Notes: generated by a model not told the origin, from the letters alone. Counted from the stretch's first letter, positions 27,536 to 36,849 are shown. The stretch is 40,334 nucleotides of DNA from a virus (IMGVR_UViG_3300032218_003137:1-40334); one strand, 5' to 3'. Numbers and translations: made by a program.

Positions 27536-28671
27536 GCGGCCCTCGGCTGCTGCGTCGGCGGAACATTGACCTGCTGTCCAGCTACGAGCAGCGAGGACGA
27601 GAGACCGTTGTACTCAGCGAGGCGAATCCATGCCGCCGGGTCACCGTAGTAGAGCGTCGCAACGCGCCGCAGGTCGTCCCCCTCCGAGGCGACATAGATC
27701 CAGTCGGGAGCCGGTGTGTCGACCGTCTGTGCCTGCTTGGCCCATTCGGTCGTTTGCTGTGCGAGTCCTCGCAGCGTGTTGCTCGTCTGCGAGAACTGCG
27801 TGTCGGCGACAAGCTGCGACGCAAAGGTGTTTCCGCCCGTCGCGTACAAAGCGGACTGCGAGTAGCCGAACTTGATGGCCGATTCATTGCTGGCAAGAGA
27901 GTCAGCGATGATCGTGTACGAGCGCGACAGACCAGAGAGAAGGCCCGTCGCCTGCGACACGGCGCCCGCGCCAAGCTGAGCTGCGGTCGCAACGTTTTGC
28001 GAGAGGTTCACGAGCGCCTGCGTCGCGTTGGCGATCTGACCGAGCGCGAGGCTGATAGCCGTGCCGAAGTCCTGCGTGACGGAGTTTACGGTCGCCACCG
28101 CTGAGTTGAGCGTGTTGAGAGCCGTCTGTGTCGTCTGGTATGCGCCCGAGTCGACGAGCCTCGTCGTGAGCCGGTTCGCGAAGTCGGTGTAGTTCTGCCC
28201 GACAGGAAGGACCGACGTGATGGGCGTCTGCACGCGCCCTGTCCAGGTAAACTCAATCTCAAACTCGCAGTCGTGCTCGGTGTGCCACGACTGCGAGAGC
28301 CGCGTGATGAAGCCGATGCGCGTGACCGTCTGCCAAGTGACTTGCACCTCGTACCCGAGGCGTCGGAACGAGTCGGCGGCCTCGATGAGCTCGGCGGCCG
28401 AGTTGACGTCGTTCCCGTCCAACTGTGCCGGAGCCGTGCCGACGTCGACCGCCTGCAGGAAGCGGTCCTTCCAGAAGCCCTTGATGGTCGTCTTCTCCTC
28501 GTGCGGACCGAGCGCCTGCGCCGTCGCGTTCGGGAAGCCCGGATACCAGACGACCTCGAGCTCCTGCGTGCCCTCGAGAGTGATCGGGCGGTACGGCAGC
28601 GCGCGGCCCGTCAAGACGAGGCGAGCGGGTGTCGTGCGGTCGAGCGTCGTGATGGAAAATTGCGGCAGCAT
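27532..28671 (-). CDS. tail tube initiator with a C-terminal LysM/gpX-like domain
   Basis: YVASEGDDLRRVATLYYGDPAAWIRLAEYNGL...LVAGQQVNVP; follows the tape measure gene. Confidence 0.8.
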   Translation of the reverse strand: MLPQFSITTLDRTTPARLVLTGRALPYRPITLEGTQELEVVWYPGFPNATAQALGPHEEKTTIKGFWKDRFLQAVDVGTAPAQLDGNDVNSAAELIEAADSFRRLGYEVQVTWQTVTRIGFITRLSQSWHTEHDCEFEIEFTWTGRVQTPITSVLPVGQNYTDFANRLTTRLVDSGAYQTTQTALNTLNSAVATVNSVTQDFGTAISLALGQIANATQALVNLSQNVATAAQLGAGAVSQATGLLSGLSRSYTIIADSLASNESAIKFGYSQSALYATGGNTFASQLVADTQFSQTSNTLRGLAQQTTEWAKQAQTVDTPAPDWIYVASEGDDLRRVATLYYGDPAAWIRLAEYNGLSSSLLVAGQQVNVPPTQQPRAA

Positions 28672-30240
28672 TTACGCCCCCGTTCCGGCGGCTGCGAAGC
28701 CGGACTGTCCCGGATAGAGCGCCGTAGAGCCGATCTGCTCGACGAACGCAGCCGCGATGCGGTCGGGGTCGTAGCCCTCGGCGAACGCCTGCTTGATGTC
28801 GAAGCGCGCGTTCTCAATGATGACGTCTGCCTTCTTGGGGCCGCCGGGAAGTTGTGGCACGGTGGTCGGCAACTTGTCGGCCAGTTCGATTCCGTATTGA
28901 CGCGCAAACTCAATAAAGCCTTCTCGCTTAGCCCCCTTGAAGCTAGGGAAATCCTCGCCAAGCATCGTGACCAGTTGTTTTCCGATGTTCTGTGGGATAA
29001 TTTTCACCCCAAACGCATCTCGCGCCGCAAATTTCATTCCAAGGTTTGGAGCAAAGGCTTGCGCCTGCCTCTCAAAATTAAGCCGCCACGAATGCGCTGC
29101 TGCCGCCGCCTTGCTTTCCTTGGTTTCTGCTGCCCCGCTCGGCACCCCTGATGGCTCCATCAGTTTCATCGCACCGTATGACAACGCCGCCGCAGCCACG
29201 CCGACAAGAAGGCTCAGTCCTCCGCTTGCCGCAGCCTCGGCTGCAGCAGCCTCGGTTGCTGATGCCGTAATAGCCTTGAACGCCCCAACGATAGCATACA
29301 GACCCGAGGTAATCTCTGTTGCAACGACTCCAATCTTAAAGGCCGCCCACAGCTCAAGCAGATTCTTTACAACCCTTACGATTGTCTCAAAGTTATCAAT
29401 CACCACCTTAAGAGCGTTAACAACCGTCGTGGCGATACTGCTACCTATATCAACTACTGACTTTTCGTTTTTTGTGAAATAGTCATTCATCTTGGCGAGC
29501 TGGTCTAGCATCGCGTCGAAGATTGGACCGCCAGCGAGTCGCGCAATCTTAACGATGTGCGCCTCGGCCTCGCCCATCTTGGCAGACATCGTGTCGCCAA
29601 CCCGGCCGAGCATTCCCGAGTACCCCTCAAGCGACTTGTCGATGGCGGCCATACGGGCCGCTGCCGTCATGTTGTTGAACTCCTCGGCCGTCTTTCCGAT
29701 GAGAGGCTTGAGCGTGCGCCACATTCGGACGTGCTGACCAGCCACGCCGGTCAGCATGAACGAGAGGTCGCTGCCGGCCTGTTGGGCATCGACCATGTTG
29801 GCTGTCGCGACGGCGGTGTAGCGCGAAGTGAAGTCGGCAATCTTGTCGAGGTCGGTCACGCCGGCAGAGATGGCCGCCGGAAGTCCCTGCTTGAAGACCT
29901 CGACGTAGTCCTCTGTCGTGCCGGGCAGCTTGGCAGCCATCCTGTCGATGTTGCCTAGTGCCCTGACGGCCGCCTTCTCGGCGAGCTCAATATTGGGCGC
30001 GAGATTGAACGCGGAGATGGCACCAGCGATGGCGAGCGACGTGTCCTCGTACTTTGTGCCGAGGTCAACGACCTTCTTGCCGGCATAAAGCATCGCGCCG
30101 CCCACCGCCACCGCTGCCGCAGCAGCAGCCATCGCGGCGCTCTTGATGCCTTCCATGTTGCCGGCGATGGCCTTGCCGGGACCGCTCGCCTGGTCCGACA
30201 CCTTGAACAGCAGCTCGACGATGTTCTGTACGGTCGCCAT
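28672..30240 (-). CDS. tape measure protein
   Basis: 522 aa, Ala-rich and helical; N-terminal LLFKVSDQASGP; located after the chaperones. Confidence 0.85.
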   Translation of the reverse strand: MATVQNIVELLFKVSDQASGPGKAIAGNMEGIKSAAMAAAAAAVAVGGAMLYAGKKVVDLGTKYEDTSLAIAGAISAFNLAPNIELAEKAAVRALGNIDRMAAKLPGTTEDYVEVFKQGLPAAISAGVTDLDKIADFTSRYTAVATANMVDAQQAGSDLSFMLTGVAGQHVRMWRTLKPLIGKTAEEFNNMTAAARMAAIDKSLEGYSGMLGRVGDTMSAKMGEAEAHIVKIARLAGGPIFDAMLDQLAKMNDYFTKNEKSVVDIGSSIATTVVNALKVVIDNFETIVRVVKNLLELWAAFKIGVVATEITSGLYAIVGAFKAITASATEAAAAEAAASGGLSLLVGVAAAALSYGAMKLMEPSGVPSGAAETKESKAAAAAHSWRLNFERQAQAFAPNLGMKFAARDAFGVKIIPQNIGKQLVTMLGEDFPSFKGAKREGFIEFARQYGIELADKLPTTVPQLPGGPKKADVIIENARFDIKQAFAEGYDPDRIAAAFVEQIGSTALYPGQSGFAAAGTGA

Positions 30241-30494
30241 CAGCCACCCGCCATTGCCCGCTCGTGGAGCGGGTCTGCCTCGCGCTCAATCAACTTCTGA
30301 AGCGCGCGCGAGAATTGAGTCAGTTCAGCCAGCGGCATGGCGAGCAGGTCGCCAATCGACTGGTGTCCGTACCGCCCACAGAAGGCGACCAGTTCCCATA
30401 TCGACTCGACCCGCTCGCGCACCGGCACCTGAGCATAGGCGGTGACGAACCCTGCGAGGCTTACACCGCTTCGACGGCCTCGCTCGCGAGAAAA
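30240..30494 (-). CDS. tail assembly chaperone extension (gpE'/gpT-like), probably reached by a -1 frameshift
   Basis: The -1 frame reads ...ESIWELVAFCGRYGHQSIGDLLAMPLAEL... and has TGATG coupling to the tape measure gene. It has no good start or RBS of its own. Confidence 0.6.
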   Translation of the reverse strand, partial: FSRERGRRSGVSLAGFVTAYAQVPVRERVESIWELVAFCGRYGHQSIGDLLAMPLAELTQFSRALQKLIEREADPLHERAMAGG

Positions 30495-30823
30495 GACTCG
30501 ACGTCCTCGCTCTCGGGAGCGTGCAACTTGCTGTACGCCTGCAGGACCAGCGAGCGGAGCTTGGGATGCAGCTTGTGCCACGCCTGCTCCTTCTCGTTGT
30601 TGGTCACCGACAGCGCCTTGCCGTTGATGCTGTGCAGCGCCGCCTTCGCGAGCTCGCTGCCAAGACGCATCGCGTCGGTGCCGCCTGCGCGCTTGGCCGC
30701 CGCGAGTTCCTCGGCTGCCGTGAGGTGAACGAGCGTCACGCTCGAGACCTCGGCCTCGACCGCGAGCTTGGCGGGGATCTGGTAGGTGTAGACAGGTCGT
30801 GAGTTGTCGGTTCCCGGAATCAT
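30461..30823 (-). CDS. tail assembly chaperone (gpE/gpG-like)
   Basis: GGGAG RBS; 120 aa; between the tube and tape measure genes. Confidence 0.75.
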   Translation of the reverse strand: MIPGTDNSRPVYTYQIPAKLAVEAEVSSVTLVHLTAAEELAAAKRAGGTDAMRLGSELAKAALHSINGKALSVTNNEKEQAWHKLHPKLRSLVLQAYSKLHAPESEDVESFLASEAVEAV

Positions 30824-30879
30824 GCGCGTCTCCCTGACGGATGGTTGTTACCCCTGGTCTTGCGCTTCCTCGGTCGGTC

Positions 30880-31311
30880 TTACAGGAACTTGCCTTCCGC
30901 CGCCTCATAGGGCAGCGAGTAGGTGACGTAGTCCGAACGGCCCGAGACGTTCACCGGGACGTTGGAGAAGAAGATGTCGTTCACGAGCAGCCGCTTGACC
31001 TGCCCGTTCGGGAGGTTGATCGTCGACTGGACGTTGAACTGCGTGCCCTTCACGCGCGACTGCGACCGCTGCACGATGGCGTTGATGAAGTCGAAGGGCG
31101 CGTTGTTTTCGATGTGGAACTCAATCTTGCCCGAGATGCCCTTGAACATGTCGTCGCGGCGGTCAGTGAACTCGCCGAGGTAGCCCTCCTTCATGACGTC
31201 CATCTGGAACTCGACGTCGAAGGACTTCACATCGGTCAGTTCGGCGACGATCTTGCCGTTCTGGACGACCTGCACGCTGACTTCCTGACCTCTGACGCGA
31301 TAGCTGGGCAT
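30880..31311 (-). CDS. tail tube protein
   Basis: 143 aa, beta-rich; GGAGG RBS; position after the sheath gene. Confidence 0.8.
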   Translation of the reverse strand: MPSYRVRGQEVSVQVVQNGKIVAELTDVKSFDVEFQMDVMKEGYLGEFTDRRDDMFKGISGKIEFHIENNAPFDFINAIVQRSQSRVKGTQFNVQSTINLPNGQVKRLLVNDIFFSNVPVNVSGRSDYVTYSLPYEAAEGKFL

Positions 31312-31322
31312 GGGAACCTCCG

Positions 31323-31388
31323 AAAAGACGAAAGGCGCACGGCCCCTCGTCGGGTCACCGTGCGCCCTATTCCACCCTCGTCGGGTGG
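31323..31388 (-). terminator. twin hairpins with identical GACGA loops; the second is terminator-like
   Basis: CCACCC-GACGA-GGGTGG, then GGCGCACGG..CCC-GACGA-GGG..CCGTGCGCC-TTTCGTCTTTT. Confidence 0.55.
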
Positions 31389-31395
31389 CGCGGCG

Positions 31396-32229
31396 TCATC
31401 TGATCTCTAGCACTCGCGGCCCCTCGGGCCATCTAATCGGCATACCGGCCTGTTCTGGCGTGCGAGCATACTTTCTTGCGTTGCAGTGGCGACAGGCCGG
31501 AACCACGTTTTGCGCGTCATGCGCGCCGCCACGGGAGATGGGGATGACGTGGTCCTGCGTCAACCGCTCGCACTCGATTCCGCAATACGCACAGCGATTG
31601 GCAAACCAAGCGATGATCGACTTCCATTGCGCGCGAGTAAGCGTGGCGCCGTTGCCGATGAGTCGTGCCTTGCGCTTATGATATGCGTTCTTGGCCGCCG
31701 ATGGGTCTCGCCGATGACGCTCTCGCACAGCTGCTCGAAATTTCTCCGGGTCGGCGCCGCGCTTGGCTCGTTCCTTCGCGAGCCGCTCTTCTCTGTTCTT
31801 GTAGTAATACTCAGACGATCTCTGTCTGGAGGCCTCTCGCTGCTCAAGCGTCAATACGCGAGGCGGACGCTTTCTCCCTACCGCCTTTGCTTTTGCCTGC
31901 CATTTTTGAGCGAGTCGACGTCTGTGTTCGATTGGTCGCTCTCTCATGTATTTGGCATCGCAAGCGCGACATGACGCGTTTCTGTACATCGCGCCCTGTC
32001 GCTCTCGCATCCGAAACTCGGATGCATCTTTTCTTGCGTGGCATTTGCTGCATGTCTTGGCTTCAAGCATTCGGCTCGGCGACTTCTTCACGTCCAATAC
32101 ATAGGCTCGTGACTTTACCGCCTCTGCGCTTCGACTCTCAAACAGAGACGCGACCATCCGCGCACCCCCTTTCGGGTAATGCTCGCGGATGATCGCGTCC
32201 TCTGTCTCGGTCCACTTGGGCGGCTTCAT
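31396..32229 (-). CDS. free-standing HNH endonuclease with Myb-like and zinc-ribbon N-terminal domains (alternative start 32259)
   Basis: KWTETEDAIIREHYP; KTCSKC...CRAC; CAYCG...LTQDHVIPISRGGAHDAQNVVPACRHCNARK. Visibly more AT-rich than its flanks. Confidence 0.9.
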   Translation of the reverse strand: MKPPKWTETEDAIIREHYPKGGARMVASLFESRSAEAVKSRAYVLDVKKSPSRMLEAKTCSKCHARKDASEFRMRERQGAMYRNASCRACDAKYMRERPIEHRRRLAQKWQAKAKAVGRKRPPRVLTLEQREASRQRSSEYYYKNREERLAKERAKRGADPEKFRAAVRERHRRDPSAAKNAYHKRKARLIGNGATLTRAQWKSIIAWFANRCAYCGIECERLTQDHVIPISRGGAHDAQNVVPACRHCNARKYARTPEQAGMPIRWPEGPRVLEIR

Positions 32230-32258
32230 GCCGCCAGTCTGGCACACGCCACCGCCCA

Positions 32259-34259
32259 TTAGGCGACAGTAACGACTACGTCCTGGCCAATGTTCGCCGA
32301 CAAGACGATCTGGTCCATCTCAGAGAGCAGACGAACCGCGACGCCGAGGACGTAGATGCCTTCCGCCTCGAGCTCCGGCGTGTTGCCGCCGGTCGGGTCG
32401 ACCGTGTAGCCGGCAATGCGCTGCAGGTTCGGGGTTGCCTTCGCGAGAAGCTGCGCGAGGAAGCCGTCCGTCTGCGTGATGAGCGCCGTCTTGATGTTCT
32501 CGGAGAGAAGCTGCTTGACGTACAGGTTGTACTGCCGCGCGAGGCTGTCCTGTATGAAGTCGGCCATGCGGCGACGCGAGATGCGCGTGCGGCCCGAGGT
32601 CAGGCTCGTCGTGATACCCGACTGGAAGACCGGCCCGCTTGAGCGGTCGATGCGGATGCCGCAGATGCCGAAGGACTTCATGACCTCGTAGTCGGCCCGC
32701 GTCAGGACCGGCGCGCCGCGCTGCTGCCCGAGCACCGTCGAGAGCGCCGACTGCGTGACGTCGGTCAGCTCGCCGGGGTTGCGCTCCGGCTGGATGAGCG
32801 AGAGCACGCTGCACAGGTGGCCGGCGGCGGTCAGGTCAAGCACGCCGTCGGTCGTCGTGCCGCCCGTCGCGGTCGCGATGCTGATGCCCACCGCGTCGGC
32901 GTTGTACTGACGCACGCCGGTCCAGGTGTAGATGACGCGGTCCGAGCGGCCGGCGGCGTCAGGCGAGGCCACGCCGAAGGTCTGATCGGTCGTCGCGCCC
33001 GAACTCGAGGAGGTGGCCGCGCCAAGCGTCTGGCAGGCAAGGCCCGGCGCCACGACGGCGACCATGCCGAGGCCAGCCTGCGAGCGGTTGGTGACGAGCT
33101 GCCGCAGGTTGTAGGCGTTGAGCCGCGCGGCGCGCGAGCACATGACGATGTTGACCGCGTTCGCGGGATCGGTGTCGCTCTCGAGCGCGGAGAGCACCTC
33201 TCCGTACTTGACAAGCAACTCGGTGCTGTTCGCCGCGTTCGGCGCCTGCACGGCGGCCGTGTAGGTCAGGCCGTTGCCCGAGCCGGGCTGCGTGCAGAGG
33301 GCGAGGCCAGAGAGCGGCTGCCACGAGGTCGCGGTGCCAGCAGCGGCCGGCACGGCGGGCGTCAGGACGACGTCGTTCGAGACATCCTCAGCGATAGGGC
33401 GAGCGGGGACGCTGAACTGCGCCAGCGATGAGAACAAGCCCGCGCCGGAGTCCGCAGTCGCGGCGACGTGGATGCGCCACGGCATCGCTGTGTCGCTCGT
33501 CCACGCAAAACTGGTCCCATCGAGCTTTCCGACGACGAGCTGCGTCTCCGAGACGACCTGCCGCACGCGATAGGTGCCGGCATCGGCGTCCGTGCCGAGC
33601 ACACCGATGACGATGATGCTGCCGACCGAGACACCGTTCGTGACGAATGCGCCGCCCGCACTATTGAAAAGCTGACCGCCCGAGGAGCCGCCCGCGACTG
33701 CGACGCCGTCGATGCCCGAGGCGTACGCGCCGACCGACGAGAAGACAACCGCGCCAGCCGACTTCGTCTTGTCGCCCGCCGTGTTCGACTGGAACAGCGT
33801 ACCAGCCTGCACCGTCGCGCCGACCATCGGAACGACCGGCGAGGGGTTGGTCGCCGAGGCGTTCGTCGGCAGGTCGCGCACGAGGCGGACGGCCTTCGAC
33901 GAGGCGATGTTGATGGGCGCCACGACGAGGCCGGCGAACCGCTTGCCGCGAATGTCAGCGAGGCCGTTGCCACACGCGCCGCCGAACTGGCCGAGCGTGC
34001 TGTCGAACGGGCCGACCTTGGAGACGAGGTCCGCGTCGCTGGTCACGAAGACGGGGTTCGGAGCCGAGGTGACGTTGCCGCCTTCGACCTTCACCGCGTA
34101 CGACACGTCAGCAAACTCGGCAACGATGCCGACGACGCCCGTGCCCGTGCCCTGGATCTGGGCGGGTCCGACTCCGTCGATAATGACGACGCCTTCGATG
34201 GTCTGAATCTGCTGCACGGACGGGAACGACCCGAACCGCTGGATGAATCCTGCGCCCAT
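32259..34259 (-). CDS. contractile tail sheath protein
   Basis: 666 aa. N-terminal EGVVIID...IQGTGTGVVGIVAEF; C-terminal RRRMADFIQDSL...IAGYTVD...NTPELEAEGIYVLGVAVR. Confidence 0.9.
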   Translation of the reverse strand: MGAGFIQRFGSFPSVQQIQTIEGVVIIDGVGPAQIQGTGTGVVGIVAEFADVSYAVKVEGGNVTSAPNPVFVTSDADLVSKVGPFDSTLGQFGGACGNGLADIRGKRFAGLVVAPINIASSKAVRLVRDLPTNASATNPSPVVPMVGATVQAGTLFQSNTAGDKTKSAGAVVFSSVGAYASGIDGVAVAGGSSGGQLFNSAGGAFVTNGVSVGSIIVIGVLGTDADAGTYRVRQVVSETQLVVGKLDGTSFAWTSDTAMPWRIHVAATADSGAGLFSSLAQFSVPARPIAEDVSNDVVLTPAVPAAAGTATSWQPLSGLALCTQPGSGNGLTYTAAVQAPNAANSTELLVKYGEVLSALESDTDPANAVNIVMCSRAARLNAYNLRQLVTNRSQAGLGMVAVVAPGLACQTLGAATSSSSGATTDQTFGVASPDAAGRSDRVIYTWTGVRQYNADAVGISIATATGGTTTDGVLDLTAAGHLCSVLSLIQPERNPGELTDVTQSALSTVLGQQRGAPVLTRADYEVMKSFGICGIRIDRSSGPVFQSGITTSLTSGRTRISRRRMADFIQDSLARQYNLYVKQLLSENIKTALITQTDGFLAQLLAKATPNLQRIAGYTVDPTGGNTPELEAEGIYVLGVAVRLLSEMDQIVLSANIGQDVVVTVA

Positions 34260-34283
34260 AGTGAGACTCCTTCGCCGCCGATC

Positions 34284-34991
34284 CTATTGCGGGGCGGTAA
34301 CGTCGAGTGAGAAGCGCGGACGAGCCACTGGCATCGCCGCGAACCGATAGACGGGGACACGCCCCGAGACGACCATCGACGCGCGCCGGTAGCGGCGAGT
34401 GGCCGACTCCTCGCTGTCGACGTACTGCACGCTCTGGAGCTCGTAGCCTGCCCGAGCGCCAAAGTAGAACGGAAGATCAAGCCGGAGTCCGTACATCCAG
34501 TCGGTCGGCGAGAGTGCGTGTTCCATGCCGGCGACGAGGGCCATGCGGGATCGGTTCTCTGTCGCCCAGACGTCGATGACCATATCGAGGACGAACTCGC
34601 TCGTCGCGATGAGCGCGTTCCCCTCGCTGGTCTGCTCTCGGTCGACAGGCTCACCCGGCGTCAGACGCGACGCCTCATAGTTGCCAGGCGTATCGCTAGA
34701 GACGAGCGCCGACGGGAAGGCCGCCTGCACCTCGGGGTCGGCGTAACTCTCAAAGACGCGGTTGCCGAACGCGAGGATGCGACCCGCACCGCCGTCGAAC
34801 TCGAGGCCGCGCAGGTACATCGCAAGGCCGCGCGTCAGCGCCGTGCGCGCGTCGGTCTCGTGGCGGTTCGTCAGCTTCGGCGGGACGTTGTTCCGCAGGA
34901 CCGGCGTCACGTCTGATCCCGCATAGAACAGCGGACCCGGCGCGTTCATCACTGGACTGAGCGGCGGCTGGTTCGGAGGACACGAGGACAT
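34284..34991 (-). CDS. tail terminator / completion protein
   Basis: Immediately before the sheath gene; AFPSALV and IDVWAT motifs. Confidence 0.65.
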   Translation of the reverse strand: MSSCPPNQPPLSPVMNAPGPLFYAGSDVTPVLRNNVPPKLTNRHETDARTALTRGLAMYLRGLEFDGGAGRILAFGNRVFESYADPEVQAAFPSALVSSDTPGNYEASRLTPGEPVDREQTSEGNALIATSEFVLDMVIDVWATENRSRMALVAGMEHALSPTDWMYGLRLDLPFYFGARAGYELQSVQYVDSEESATRRYRRASMVVSGRVPVYRFAAMPVARPRFSLDVTAPQ

Positions 34992-35566
34992 CAGCTACCC
35001 CCGCTGGGCAACGCAGGCGGTGCGGCCTTGGCGCGGGCTCGCATAACTTTGCGCATGCCCTTGCGCAGCGACTTGGCGACCTCTTCGGCGCCATCCTTGG
35101 CGAGTTGTCCGAGGACGTCGCGCACGACGTAGCGCCCCTTGATGCCCTTGCGCTTGATGGACCAGGCGATAGGACGTGCCGCCTTCTTGGCCTCGTCGGC
35201 GGTCATCCCGAGCTTGCTAATGCACCACATGTAGATGGGCTGGGCTTCAAGCGGGACGTCGCGAACCCAAGGCATCTTGCGGCCAGCGCGGCGTCCCAGC
35301 TCGATGACGCCCGAATATGGCGCGGTGTTGAAGACGCGAACCGATGCCGATGCGTTACCTAGGCGCATGGCTGTTCCATGCGTCCAGCCTGCTCGGTACA
35401 CAAAGGTATTAACCACGCCCTTGCGGTCACCCTCGCTCACCAGCGTGGCCTCTGCACGAACAGCCGCCGCCGTAAGCCCCGCCAGCAGCGACGGCCCAAA
35501 CGACTCGCCAAGCTCCCGCATGTACTTTGGCAAGTCACGAATCGGTATCTTGACTGTCTCGGCCAT
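34991..35566 (-). CDS. neck / tail completion protein (HK97 gp10-like)
   Basis: Basic protein; VFNTAPYSGVIELGRRAG...IKRKGIKGRY. Confidence 0.75.
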   Translation of the reverse strand: MAETVKIPIRDLPKYMRELGESFGPSLLAGLTAAAVRAEATLVSEGDRKGVVNTFVYRAGWTHGTAMRLGNASASVRVFNTAPYSGVIELGRRAGRKMPWVRDVPLEAQPIYMWCISKLGMTADEAKKAARPIAWSIKRKGIKGRYVVRDVLGQLAKDGAEEVAKSLRKGMRKVMRARAKAAPPALPSGGS

Positions 35567-36105
35567 CAGTACCGCTCCGGCGGCCGGTCCTCGACCTGAC
35601 GCTCAAGAGACAGCTTCCATTCGGCCGTGTCGGAGTAGAACGCGGGACCGGCGCGAAGGTAGAAGCGACGCCGCACGCCGTCGCCGTCGGCGGTCGGGTA
35701 GCGCACCTCGTAGAAGACCTGCTCGTTCGGTCCCGGCGCGGTTCCATCGATGCCGAAGCCGCGCAAGAAGTCTTCGGAGTAGCGGCCCGAGATCTCGGAC
35801 AGGGTCACGTTGCCCTGTTCGATCTGGCCAACGCTTTCCGTCGCCTGCGTGATGCCGTCGAGACCCGACATCATCGGCGTCGGCGTGAGCTGGTGCTCCT
35901 CGACGACGTACTCGACGCCCTCGCCACGGAAGCCGCCCGTCCACGCGGTTCGCACGATGCGCACCTCGTACGTTCTCAGGCCCATCCGCACACCGAGCGC
36001 GCGCGCCGAGTCGGCGAGCGGGATCATCTTCCGCGCGAACGACTTCTCGATCTCCGCGTAGGTGAGCGGAGCGTACGGGTTGGGCTTTGAGAAGCAGGAG
36101 GACAT
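35566..36105 (-). CDS. head closure protein (putative)
   Basis: Gene order (adaptor, closure, neck, terminator); TGATG coupling. Confidence 0.6.
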   Translation of the reverse strand: MSSCFSKPNPYAPLTYAEIEKSFARKMIPLADSARALGVRMGLRTYEVRIVRTAWTGGFRGEGVEYVVEEHQLTPTPMMSGLDGITQATESVGQIEQGNVTLSEISGRYSEDFLRGFGIDGTAPGPNEQVFYEVRYPTADGDGVRRRFYLRAGPAFYSDTAEWKLSLERQVEDRPPERY

Positions 36106-36108
36106 CGG

Positions 36109-36537
36109 CTAGTGCATCTGCCGCATGCGGAGGTTTCCCGCGTACGGCCCGAGGTTGACGGTCTGATCGGTCATGTACCGGACGGACAGCGGGTACGGCG
36201 GCACGCCAAGGACGTCCGCAAGACGGCGACCGAAGCGAACGTAGAGCTTCTCGAGCGCATCCTGCTCGTCAGCGCGCATCTTGAGGTTGCCCACCGAGGC
36301 GGCCTGCATGCGGTCGGCGCTCTGCCCGAGCTGGCACTCGATGGCCTCGCACTGACAGATGAGCTGCCGCACGATGGCGACCGCCTGCGGGAGCAGGGCG
36401 TCCATCGCAGGTTCGAGGAGGAACGAAAGCTGGCGCGGCGCGGGCGAGAGTTCCATCAGCGCGGTGAGTCGGGAGACGTTCGGGTAGCCGAGGATCTGCC
36501 GAATCTGGGCCTTCTCGTTGTCGGTGAGCAGTGACAC
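36109..36537 (-). CDS. head-tail adaptor (putative)
   Basis: Helical, 142 aa; LTDNEKAQIRQILGYP and ASVGNLKM; GGAGG RBS with GTG start. Confidence 0.65.
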   Translation of the reverse strand: MSLLTDNEKAQIRQILGYPNVSRLTALMELSPAPRQLSFLLEPAMDALLPQAVAIVRQLICQCEAIECQLGQSADRMQAASVGNLKMRADEQDALEKLYVRFGRRLADVLGVPPYPLSVRYMTDQTVNLGPYAGNLRMRQMH

Positions 36538-36539
36538 GG

Positions 36540-36839
36540 CTACACCTCCTCGAGCGGAATCCGGTGCAGCTTCAGCGCCGCGATGTGCTGCGCTCCGACC
36601 ACGGACTCGTCAATGATGGTCCCTACCGCAAGCCACTGCGACGCACCGTACTGATTGAAGAACACGCCCCGCGTCACGCGGTAGAGGCCGCTGCGCGGCT
36701 TGTCGACGACGACCTGGGCGGGCGCCACAACGGGCGCAACCTCGACAACAGGCGCGGCCTCGACGGCCTCTGCCTCGTCGACGACGACGACGAGCTCCGG
36801 CTGCGCCTGCGTGAGCGGATACTTCCTCGGGCGACCCAT
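36540..36839 (-). CDS. small head-region protein with an N-terminal AT-hook-like motif
   Basis: GAGG RBS and ATG 36839. MGRPRKYP, then a V/E/A/P-rich linker and a small domain. Confidence 0.7.
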   Translation of the reverse strand: MGRPRKYPLTQAQPELVVVVDEAEAVEAAPVVEVAPVVAPAQVVVDKPRSGLYRVTRGVFFNQYGASQWLAVGTIIDESVVGAQHIAALKLHRIPLEEV

Positions 36840-36849
36840 GCGAGACCTC

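Noticed and set aside
20877-35566. Contractile module as a tailocin, eCIS or T6SS
   Set aside because: It is contiguous with capsid, scaffold and head-tail joining genes, so it is a true phage tail.
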